In this document: positions 48,401 through 58,939 of the stretch, in pieces | Layout of the letters: every line of letters starts with the position of its first letter | How positions within the stretch are numbered: position 1 is the stretch's first letter | Assembly: GCF_963921235.1 (NCBI RefSeq) | Contig: NC_086101.1 | Coordinates: 3,474,001 to 3,538,000 of the forward strand | Reading direction: 5' to 3' | DNA from: Mobula hypostoma | Lineage: Eukaryota | DNA: 64,000 nt | The notes under the pieces: model-generated | Seen by the model: only the letters and a program-made list of their open reading frames with translations | Told to the model about the DNA's origin: nothing | The model's database searches: none | Made by a program: the position numbers and the translations under genes

Positions 48401-51400
48401 CTTTCCCCTCCTCCTCCTCCTCACCCTTTCCCCTCCTCCTCCTCCTCACCCTTTCCCCTCCCCCTCCTCCTCCTCACCCTTTCCCCTCCTCCTCCTCCTC
48501 ACCCTTCCCCCTCCTCCTCACCCTTCCCCCTCCTCCTCACCCTTCCCCCTCCTCCTCACCCTTTCCCCTCCTCCTCACCCTTTCCCCTCCTCCTCACCCT
48601 TTCCCCTCCTCACCCTTCCCCCTCCTCACCCTTCCCCCTCCTCACCCTTTCCCCTCCTCACCCTTCCCCCTCCTCACCCTTCCCCCTCCTCACCCTTCCC
48701 CCTCCTCACCCTTCCCCTCCTCACCCTTCCCCCTCCTCACCCTTCCCCCTCCTCACCCTTTCCCCTCCTCACCCTTTCCCCTCCTCACCCTTTCCCCTCC
48801 TCCTCCTCCTTCTCACCCTTCCCCTCCTCCTCCTTCTCACCCTTCCCTCTCCTCCTCCTCCTTTCCCCTCCTCCTCCTTCTCACCCTTCCCTCTCCTCCT
48901 CCTCCTTCTCACCCTTCCCCCTCCTCCTCACCCCTTTCCCCTCCTCCTCCTCACCCCTTTCCCCTCCTCCTCCTCCTCACCCTTCCCCCTCCTCACCCTT
49001 CCCCCTCCTCACCCTTCCCCCTCCTCACCCTTTCCCCTCCTCACCCTTCCCCCTCCTCACCCTTCCCCCTCCTCACCCTTCCCCTCCTCACCCTTTCCCC
49101 TCCTCACCCTTTCCCCTCCTCACCCTTTCCCCTCCTCACCCTTTCCCCTCCTCACCTTTTCCCCTCCTCCTCACCCTTTCCCCTCCTCACCCTTCCCCCT
49201 CCTCACCCTTCCCCCTCCTCACCCTTCCCCCTCCTCACCCTTCCCCCTCCTCACCCTTTCCCCTCCTCACCCTTTCCCCTCCTCCTCCTTCTCACCCTTC
49301 CCCTCCTCCTCCTTCTCACCCTTCCCTCTCCTCCTCCTCCTTCTCACCCTTCCCTCTCCTCCTCCTCCTTCTCACCCTTCCCCCTCCTCCTCCTCCTTCC
49401 CCTCCTCCTCCTCACCCTTTCCCCTCCTCCTCCTCCTCCTTTCCCCTCCTCCTCCTCCTCCTCACCCTTTCCCCTCCTCCTCCTCCTCACCCCTTTCCCC
49501 TCCTCCTCCTCACCCCTTTCCCCTCCTCCTCCTCCTCACCCTTCCCCCTCCTCCTCACCCTTCCCCCTCCTCCTCACCCTTCCCCCTCCTCCACCCTTCC
49601 CCCTCCTCACCCTGCTCCCCCTCCTCACCCTTCCCCCTCCTCACCCTTCCCCCTCCTCACCCTTCCCCCTCCTCACCCTTCCCCTCCTCACCCTTTCCCC
49701 TCCTCACCCTTTCCCCTCCTCACCCTTTCCCCTCCTCACCCTTTCCCCTCCTCCTCACCCTTCCCCCTCCTCACCCTTCCCCCTCCTCACCCTTCCCCCT
49801 CCTCACCCTTTCCCCTCCTCACCCTTTCCCCTCCTCACCCTTTCCCCTCCTCCTCCTTCTCACCCTTCCCCTCCTCCTCCTTCTCACCCTTCCCTCTCCT
49901 CCTCCTCCTTTCCCCTCCTCCTCCTTCTCACCCTTCCCTCTCCTCGTCCTCCTTCTCACCCTTCCCCCTCCTCCTCCTCCTTCCCCTCCTCCTCCTCACC
50001 CTTTCCCCTCCTCCTTTCCCCTCCTCCTCCTTTCCCCTCCTCCTTTCCCCTCCTCCTCCTTTCCCCTCCTCCTCCTCCTCCTCCTCCTCCTCACCCTTTC
50101 CCCTCCTCCTCCTCACCCCTTTCCCTCCTCCTCACCCCTTTCCCTCCTCCTCACCCCTTTCCCTCCTCCTCACCCCTTTCCCTCCTCACCCTTTCTCCTC
50201 CTCCTCCTCCTCACCCTTTCCCCTCCTCCTACTCCTCCTCACCCTTTCCCCTCCTCCTACTCCTCCTCACCCTTTCCCCTCCTCCTACTCCTCACCCTTT
50301 TCCCTCCTCCTACTCCTCCTCACCCTTTCCCCTCCTCCTCCTCACCCTTTCCCCTCCTCCTCCTCCTCCTCCTCACCCTTCCCCTCCTCCTCCTCCTCCT
50401 CACCCTTTCCCCTCCTCCTCCTCCTCCTCACCCTTTCCCCTCCTCCTCCTCCTCACCCTTTCCCCTCCTCCTCCTCCTCCTCACCCTTTCCCCTCCTCCT
50501 CCTCCTCACCCCTTTCCCTCCTCCTCAGCCTTTCCCCTACTCCTCCTCCTCACCCTTTCCCCTCCTCCTCACCCTTTCCCTTCCTCCTCACCCTTTCCCC
50601 TCCTCCTCCTCCTCCTCACCCTTCCCCCTCCTCCTCACCCTTCCCCCTCCTCCTCCTCCTCACCCTTCCCCCTCCTCCTCACCCTTCCCCCTCCTCCTCA
50701 CCCTTCCCCCTCCTCCTCACCCTTTCCCCTCCTCCTCACCCTTTCCCCTCCTCCTCCTTTCCCCTCCTCCTCCTCCTTCCTCCTCCTCCTCCTCCTCCTC
50801 ACCCTTTCCCCTCCTCCTCCTCCTCACCCTTTCCCCTCCTCCTCCTCCTCACCCTTTCCCCTCCTCCTCCTCCTCCTCACCCCTTTCCCCTCCTCCTCAC
50901 CCCTTTCCCTCCTCCTCACCCTTTCCCCTCCTCCTCACCCTTTCCCCTCCTCCTCACCCTTTCCCCTCCTCCTCACCCTTTCCCCTCCTCCTCCTCCTCC
51001 TTCCCCCTCCTCCTCCTCCTTCCCCCTCCTCCTCCTCCTTCCCCTCCTCCTCACCCTTTCTCCTCCTCCTCCTCACCCTTTCCCCTCCTCCTCCTCACCC
51101 TTTCCCCTCCTCCTCACCCTTTCCCCTCCTCCTCCTCCTCCTCACCCTTTCCCCTCCTCCTCCTCACCCTTTCCCCTCCTCCTCACCCTTTCCCCTCCTC
51201 CTCACCCTTTCCCCTCCTCCTCCTCACCCTTTCCCCTCCTCCTCCTCACCCTTTCCCCTCCTCCTCACCCTTTCCCCTCCTCCTCCTCCTTCCCCTCCTC
51301 CTTCCCCTCCTCCTCCTCCTCCTCCTCACCCTTTGCCCTCCTCCTCACCCTTTCCCCTCCTCCTCACCCCTTCCCCCCTCCTCCTCACCCTTTCCCCTCC

Positions 51401-52400
51401 TCCTCCTCCTTTCCCCTCCTCCTCCTCCTCCTTTCCCCTCCTCCTCCTCCTCCTCCTCCCCTTTCCCCTCCTCCTCCCCCTTTCCCCTCCTCCTCCTCCT
51501 CACCCCTCCTCCTCCTTCTCACCCTTCCCCCTCCTCCTCCTCCTTCCCCTCCTCCTCACTCCCCTCCTCCTCACTCCCCTCCTCCTCCTCCTCACCCTTT
51601 CCCCTCCTCCTCCTCATCCTCACCCTTTCCCCTCCTCCTCCTCCTCACCCTTTCCCCTCCTCTTCCTCCTCCCCCTTTCCCCTCCTCTTCCTCCTCCCCC
51701 TTTCCCCTCCTCCTCCTCCTCCCCCTTTCCCCTCCTCCTCCTCCTTTCCCCTCCTCCTCCTCCTCACCCCTCCTCCTCCTTCTCACCCTTCCCCCTCCTC
51801 CTCCTCCTCACCCTTCCCCCTCCTCCTCCTCCTTCCCCTCCTCCTCACTCCCCTCCTCCTCCTCCTCCTCACCCTTTCCCCTCCTCCTCCTCCTCACCCT
51901 TTCCCCTCCTCCTCCTCCTCACCCTTTCCCCTCCTCCTCCTCCTCCTCACCCTTTCCCCTCCTCCTCCTCCTCACCCTTTCCCCTCCTCCTCCTCCTCAC
52001 CCTTTCCCCTCCTCCTCCTCCTCACCCTTTCCCCTCCTCCTCCTCCTCACCCTTTCCCCTCCTCCTCCTCCTCACCCTTTCCCCTCCTCCTCCTCCTCAC
52101 CCTTTCCCCTCCTCCTCCTCCTCACCCTTTCCCCTCCTCCTCCTCCTCACCCTTTCCCCTCCTCCTCCTCCTCCTTTCCCCTCCTCCTCCTCACCCTTTC
52201 CCCTCCTCCTCCTCCTCACCCTTTCCCCTCCTCCTCCTCCTTACCCTTTCCCCTCCTCCTCACCCCGCCTCCTCCTCCTCACCCGCCCCTTCCCCCTGCC
52301 CCCTCTGCGACAATCCGCGACCCCCCACCAACTTCTCCTCCCCCACTACCTCCCCTCCTCTTCTCTCTCCTCTGTTCTACACATCCTCTTCACCTCCGCC
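42410..52400. repeat. ~10-kb pyrimidine-rich (C/T) low-complexity satellite, mostly cctttcccct(cct)n-ca units
   Basis: Direct reading; G almost absent on +. Confidence 0.98.
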
Positions 52401-52445
52401 CCTCCGCTGGTCTGTTACAGTCGGACATGTTGGACGTTTGTGACT

Positions 52446-52451
52446 TTTATT
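52446..52451 (-). terminator. Candidate poly(A) signal of the Bf/C2 gene (alternative at 53222-53227)
   Basis: AATAAA on - strand about 1.2 kb after the stop, immediately before the purine-rich tract. Confidence 0.45.
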
Positions 52452-53625
52452 AGTTCAGTTATAGAAGCAGTGCAGAGCCACAATGAGGAACCTTCCCATT
52501 CTCCAGGCCACCCTCCCACCCCTCAGTCCTTCCCACAGGAGCTGAGAGCATCATCAGATCAAATGCCGATCGCCGCTCTTCCCCACCCCACCCCACCCCA
52601 CTCTGCTGTTCCGGACGGTGCTGATACGGAAAGTGATGGCCTATCCTGCTGTGGGAGTTGACGGTGATTACGACGGAAACCCACCAGCTCTGCCCCCACC
52701 CATCCTCACCACCTGTCTGATGCAGAGCCGAGGTGGGCTTCTCACTCCCTCCGTCCACCTGTCCTCCGGCAGGGTTGGTGAACTTGTCCTCGGCTGCTTG
52801 TGTAACTCTGAAGGTCTTGGGGAGAAGGTAGTGCGCGGAGGGGCATTGCAGTCAGAGAGAGAGAGAGAGAGCAGCTAATAGTCAGTGCCAGGCTGGTGCA
52901 GGGGAGAGGAACATCAGCAATTCCCTGGAGTATCAGAGTGTGAGTTTGTCAGTCTGTATGCGTGTCCGTGTCAGTGTGTGTGTGTGTGTGTATGTATGCG
53001 TGTCTCTGTATGTCAGTCTATGTGTGTGTGTGTGTGTGTGTGTGAATGAATGTATGCGCGTCTCTGTGTATGTCAGTCTATCAGTGTGTGTGTGTGTCAG
53101 TGTGGATATTGGGAGGAAACCTGTTGTTGGGGTGTAGTGCACAGCTCTCGTTACCAGACCACAGAGAGTGTGTGGTGATGTTAGAGAGGGTGCAGGAGAG
53201 GTTCTGGGATGGAGAGACTGGTTTATTATCTCTGGAGCCTTTTAGAGGTGCATATATTAATAGATAGATAGTCATAGTTTTTCTCCCTAGATAGTGGAAT
53301 CCAGGGCACACTATGACCGGTAAATGTTTGCTGAGTTGGAGCAAACTGAAGGAGATGGATAGCATTACAATCGGAAAGGCGTTTCGACGGGTTGTTGGGT
53401 GGAGAATAGGCCCTACCGTGGGCAAGTGGGCCAGCATGGGCGAGGCGAGCCGCAGAGCTGGTTTCTATTCTGAAAGTCATTGGTCACGGTGGTGAGTGAC
53501 CAGGATGGGACAGAGTGGGTGGGGAGCTGGGGTCGCTGGGTAGGTGTATGGGTCTGGCCGGGCTGCGTTCCTGAGAGAGAGAGAGAGGGAGGGAGGGAGT
53601 GGAACGGGGCAGCGGTGGCGCTGTC

Positions 53626-53787
53626 CTAGCGTGCGCCGGCCTGGGGCTGCAGGAAGCGCACACTCCCGGCAAGGTGCTCCCGAAGCCAGTCCACCACCCG
53701 GAACACGTTGAGGTGGAAGTCCCTGGCGTCGGCTGGGGGGCGAAAGTCCAAACAGACGTCCTTCACCCCCCAGCTCACAATACCTAC
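53626..53787 (-). CDS. CFB: Factor B/C2 terminal exon (VGIVSWGVKDVCLDFRPPADARDFHLNVFRVVDWLREHLAGSVRFLQPQAGAR*)
   Basis: ccattctag acceptor; VSWG..DVC and ARDFH.N.F.V..WL motifs of factor B/C2; TAG stop. Confidence 0.93.
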   Translation of the reverse strand, partial: VGIVSWGVKDVCLDFRPPADARDFHLNVFRVVDWLREHLAGSVRFLQPQAGAR

Positions 53788-54418
53788 CTAGAATGGGAAG
53801 GGAGAGAGACAGAGATCACAGTTAGTGACTGCAGCTGTTCACCTTGCCTGGAGCCCTGTGTGAAGGGGCTTACCCGCTGCCACCCACCGCCACCCCCATC
53901 ATCAGCAGGCGGAGGAGGAGCACGGAGCAGGTGCTTGGGGGATTTCAGTAGGACAGCGGCATCAGTGGAAGGCCCGCCAACCTCGACTGTCACACCCAAC
54001 TTCACAGACGCCCGCACATGAATACCTACACAGGTCCGATCCACCGGCAAACCACAGACAAGAGATTCTGCAGATGCTGGAAATCCAGAACAACACGCAC
54101 CAATTCTGGAGGAACTGAGCGGGTCAGCGGGCGCCGGTGGAGCGGAATAGACAGTCGACGTTTCACCCCGAAACCCTTTATTTCCTCCAGTGTTTTGCCC
54201 TGGGTTTCCCAACCCTGCAGAGCCTCGTCCCCAGAAGCAGCGATGCCAGTCGGCGTAGAGGAACAAAAACCGCCCTCGGCTCCCCCGTCCCGCTCACGAC
54301 TGCGGAACTGGGCCTAAAGCCTGGAACTCCCTTCCCAGCTACGCGGACCACCGGAGCCAGAGGGAGCGCAGTGGCTTCTCTCCGACTGACTGCGGCCGCG
54401 GCAAATCGGTGCACCTAC

Positions 54419-54468
54419 CTGGATGTACCGGTATACCTTCCGCACCGACAGGGGGCCGCCGGAATCTC
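54419..54468 (-). CDS. CFB: Factor B/C2 catalytic-serine micro-exon (G-DSGGPLSVRKVYRYIQ)
   Basis: ttttgacag/gtaggt, 50 nt; completes CKGDSGGPL in frame with the previous exon. Confidence 0.93.
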
Positions 54469-57017
54469 CTGTCAAAAGAAAACGGAATCCAGCTCTCAGA
54501 CGCCGATCTCGAGGGGGAGGGGGAGGCTCAGGGCAGTCATACTACACGGAGACCGTACGACAGGGAAGCCGGACGAGACCATCGAGATTGCTCCGCCATT
54601 ATGAAAGGCAAAGTGAGCAGTCTTCCAAAACCCGTAACATCTTCCCCCGAGTCTGCTCCACCATTCCGTGATGGCCGAGTTATTTCCCCTCTCCCGTCTT
54701 TTCCCGTAACCTTTGACGCGCTGACTAGTGAAGAACCTATAACGTTCACTTTAAGTATACCCAGCGACTTGGCCTCCACAGCTGCCCGTGCAGATTCACC
54801 ACCCTCTGGCTAAAGAAACTCCTCCTCATCCTCGTTCTGAACGGACATCCTTCTATTCATCATACTTCGAAGGTGCTTTTTGAGGCCTTCGGCCCAACTC
54901 GTCCATTTCCTGCGTTTGGCCCACGTCCCTGTCCGAGATCCTCTCTCAAAGTAAATAAATGACCAAAGTGCGTATAGGTCACCATATTGTATGCTGGTAT
55001 AGAATGAAAAACGTAATTGGACCTGTTTCTGTCACTTTTTCCGGTTTCTTTAGTTTTGGTAATTATTGTCCCCCTTTAACTCTTGTTCCTCTCGCCTGAA
55101 ACTTCTGCTCTGTAGTGATTTATTTCAGAACAGGCCCTTCCGGCTGGACCAGCAACGCACCGAGCCCCAATCACAGGACAATTTACAATGACCAATGAAC
55201 TTACGAGCCGGCTACAGCACCGTCGCAGATAGAGCTGCAGACTCTCCTGCCTGCCCGGGGGAGAAGGAGTGTGACCGTCCACTCATGATTTTATAAACCT
55301 TTGAGAAACAGCGCCAGCCTATCTTCATAACGCAAGTCCTCCAGTCCCAGCAAGTCTCCAGTCTCAGTTTGTACTAGCGCGGGGGTGGGTGGTAGTGCAG
55401 ATAAAACCCCGCTAGCTAGTAAATGTTCCAGCGGCGTGCATTTCCAATACATCTCTGACAACCAAGTCCAGCTCCCGGCCTTCCCGTGTGGCTTAGCGAC
55501 TAAACCCGGTGGAACTGATTCCACCGACGGGAGAAGGCGCAAAGGTGGGTGACTGGCGCCCTAAAATCAGTCGCTTCGGGCGGCTGGGGCTCATTAGTCG
55601 TGGTTGGCAGCTCATCTAGGAGAAGGAAAACTCTGATCTCAAACCTCCGCTGCCTTGCGGCTACACCCTCTCGTGGGGAGGGCTTCGGGAGTAAACCCCG
55701 AGGAATGATCCGGAGCTGCAGCCCCTAAGGTATGGGTCAATGCTGATGGCAAGTAGGTTTACATGTAGCGTAAATACAAGTAGGCCTTTTCATCGAGGTT
55801 GGGTGAGATTAGAACTAGCGGTCATGGGTTAAGGGACAAAGGTGAAACATCTGAGGGGGAGCTTTTTCATTTAGGGTGGTTAGAATGTGGAAGTGTCTGC
55901 GGAAGAAGAGAATTTATATTAGGTGTATGCATGGGTCATGAAGGTCGATGGAAATAGGTAGATTGATAGTTCAGCACAAACTAGACGGGCCGAATGGTTT
56001 GTATCTGTGCTGTAGTGTTCTATGACTGTACAGAACTTGGAAGGTCATGACGCAGCTGTATAAGACGCCAGTGAGGCCCCACTTTAGAGCATTACAGTCA
56101 GTTTTGGCCGCCCTGCTGTGGGAGGGATGATATTGAACTGGAAAGGGAAAGATCTATGAGCATACTACCAGGACTTGAGGGACTTGAGTCACAGGGAAAG
56201 GTTACACAAGTTGGGAATTTATTCCTTGGAGATTTGGAGGTCTATGCAATCACAAGGGGCACAGGTAGGGCGAATGGACAGTGGCTTTTCTCGGGTTTAG
56301 GGAATCAAGAACTAAAGGGCACCGGTTTAAAGTGGGGGGGGGGGAGATTTAAGAGGAAATTGAGGGACAAAGTTGTTTTTTTACACAAAAGGTGGGAAAG
56401 AGCTGCCAGAGGCAGGTTCAATGGCAAGTTTTAACTGTTGGACAGGTACGTAGATAAGGAAGATTCAGAAGGTTAGAAACATAGAAAATAGATGCAGGAG
56501 CAGGCCATTCGACCCTTCGAGCCTGCACCGCCATTCAGTATGATCATGGCTGATCATCCAACTCAGAACCCTGTACCAGCCTTACCTCCATACCCTCTGA
56601 TGACTTTAGCCACAAGGGCCATATCTAACTCCCTCTTAAATATAGCCAATGAACAACGTTATGGACAAAATACTGGCAAATGGGATTGGATTATATGTGG
56701 CACTTTGGTCAGCATGGAACAATTGGGCCAAAGGGCCTGTTTCTTGCTGTATGAGGGGTCGAAACCTCTCTCTCTCTGTGAAAGCTCCCAAGCGCATTCC
56801 AGAAATCCCAGGCTGTGACTGCCTTGAGTTCCAGACCTCAATTGTTGTTTACCGCCCGGCTGCAGAGTGCTGTGTATCTGAATATACCTGATCTCAAGCA
56901 TCAGCGTTCTGGTTTGTCCTCTGCGTACAGAGAGCAAAGGATGGCCCTGGGACTGCTAGTTGGAGTAGGGGGTTCCGTGGGGGGGGGGGTGGTGGGTGTA
57001 GGAGGAGAGGACCTCAC

Positions 57018-57147
57018 CCTTGCAGCTGATGGCCTCCTTCTCATCGCCTCCTGTGCACAGGAAGCGGTCGGTCACCACCTCCCTGACATCACTCACGTTA
57101 ACGTAGACTACGGCTTTGAGTGCATCTTCTTCACACGCAGATCGAGC
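57018..57147 (-). CDS. CFB: Complement factor B/C2-family serine protease exon (ARSACEEDALKAVVYVNVSDVREVVTDRFLCTGGDEKEAISCK-G)
   Basis: ttcttccag acceptor, gtgagg donor, 130 nt; EVVT.RFLCTGG is diagnostic of factor B/C2; orthology CFB vs C2 not fully resolved. Confidence 0.92.
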
Positions 57148-57244
57148 CTGGAAGAAAAAGACGGGGCAGAGGACACACTTCGAAGTAAATTTATTATGAA
57201 AGCACATATATGCCACCAAATACAACCATGAGATTAATTTTCTT

Positions 57245-57555
57245 ACAACACACATCAAAGTTGCTGGTGAACGCAGCAGGCCAGGCAGCATCTCTAGGAA
57301 GAGGTACAGTCGACGTTTCGGGTCGAGACCCTTCGTCAGGATTAACTGAAAGAAGAGATAGTAAGAGATTTGAAAGTGGGAGGGGGAGGGGGAGATCCAA
57401 AATGTTAGGAGAAGACAGGAGGGGGAGGGATGGAGCCAAGAGCTGGACAGGTGATTGGCAAAGGGGATATGAGAGGATCGTGGGACAGGAGGCCCAGGGA
57501 GAAAGACAGGGTGGGGGGAACCCAGAGGATGGGTAAGGGGTATAGTCAGAGGGAC
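57245..57555 (-). mobile_element. Solo Penelope terminal repeat with 14-bp target-site duplication
   Basis: agattaattttctt at 57231-57244 and 57556-57569; sequence matches 36153-36470. Confidence 0.9.
57307..57344 (-). ncRNA. Minimal hammerhead ribozyme motif, intact core, sense to the Bf/C2 pre-mRNA
   Basis: UAAUC-CUGACGA-A-GGGU(CUCG)ACCC-GAAA-CGUC-GACUG; one A-C mismatch in stem I. Confidence 0.72.
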
Positions 57556-58939
57556 AGATTAATTTTCTTGTGGGCATACTCGATAAATACAAATAAAGAA
57601 AAAAACAAAAAAGGAAACCTGCTACAAATAACAACAGTAATAAATATGGAATAATTGTGGAGAATATGAGGTGAAGAGTCCTTGAGAAACGTCCATAGGT
57701 TGTGGGAACAGTTCATGGTAGGGTGAGTGAAGTTATCCCCTTTGGTTCAGGGGTAATAACTGTTCCTGAGCCCTGAGGCTCCTGTACCTCCTTCCTAATG
57801 GCAGCGAGCGGAGCCCCGCCGTCCCGGGAGCAGCGTGGAGTGCGGTAGTGTCAGGGAAGCAAAGCTGTGACCCACACAGCGAGATCTTCCTGCCTAGTGG
57901 TATGTAACAGAACCATTGAACCTCTGGGCATGTACTCACTCGAGTTTAGAAGAATGAGGGGGTTTCTCATTAAAAGAGTCTAGGGCCAGAGGGCAGGCAC
58001 AGCTTTGGAATAGAGGGGTGTCCATTTAGGACAGAGGTAAGGAGGAGTAAGGGATCCACCTCATAATTTTAAGCCCGCTGGAGTACCGCAACCTTGTCGT
58101 AGGGTTTGGAGACGTGCGCCTCAATGATCCAGAGATCTATTTTGCCTGGAGGTAGGGCGTTGTACTTTGACTCTCGGTGGGGTCAAACAGGTCAAAGGGT
58201 AGCGGCCAGCCCTTTTGTGGTGTTCCAGATTTGGGAATTCAGTTCAGAACTAACAACCCTGACAGCTTGTTACAGAAAGAGAAGTGAAGAATCCTATATC
58301 ATGTGCGACGCTATTCCTGCGTCTCCATCCAGGGTCTGCATGACTGACAGCAGTGAAAACCGAGAGGAAGCTATTGGCAGCATGAGGGAAGTCCCGAACA
58401 CGGCCAAGATCGAGACATAGAGAGATAAGAACAGTCTGCTTTTGACAACTGAGAAAGAGCAGGAAGCGCAATAGGCAGAGTATTTCAGGGGAATTACTGA
58501 ACAGACCACCACCAAATGGAGAACCTGACTTTCAAGAGATAGCAGAGGACCTCGATATCAACACAGATCCACCCAAGAGAGAAAATATTGTTGTTGTGTT
58601 TAAAGAACAGCAATGCTCCAAGCCATGTCAATTTGAAGCTGAACTGGTCAAAGCTGATCCAAAAGTTGCAGCAGGCATCCTGTGGCCACTGTTTACTATC
58701 ATCTTGGAACGGGGACTGGACGAATAGTGTTATTGTTAGCATCCCCAAGAAAGGAGAGCAAGGTGATTGGAACAATTGGCGTGGCATCGCACTTCTGTCA
58801 GGGCCCAGCAAGGGTCTCGCCAAAGACATTGTCCATCCGATTACAGAAGCTGTCGACGTGTGCTTGAGGAAAGAACAAGTTGGCTTTGGGAGAAACAGGG
58901 ACTGTTGTCGACTAGATCTTCACGCTGTGTAACATAGCA

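Noticed and set aside
44430..52280. Telomere-variant (TGAGGG) array
   Set aside because: GGGTGA occurs only once per longer purine unit; no TTAGGG runs
42308..52661. 1769-, 3398- and 1686-aa Pro/Ser/Leu-rich ORFs (extensin-like)
   Set aside because: C/T-only sequence cannot contain stop codons; open in all three frames; lies beyond the SKIC2 poly(A) signal
52459..52878. Extra exon or small gene (e.g. DXO) between SKIC2 and Bf/C2
   Set aside because: No recognisable protein similarity in any frame; more likely Bf/C2 3' UTR. A tBLASTn would settle it
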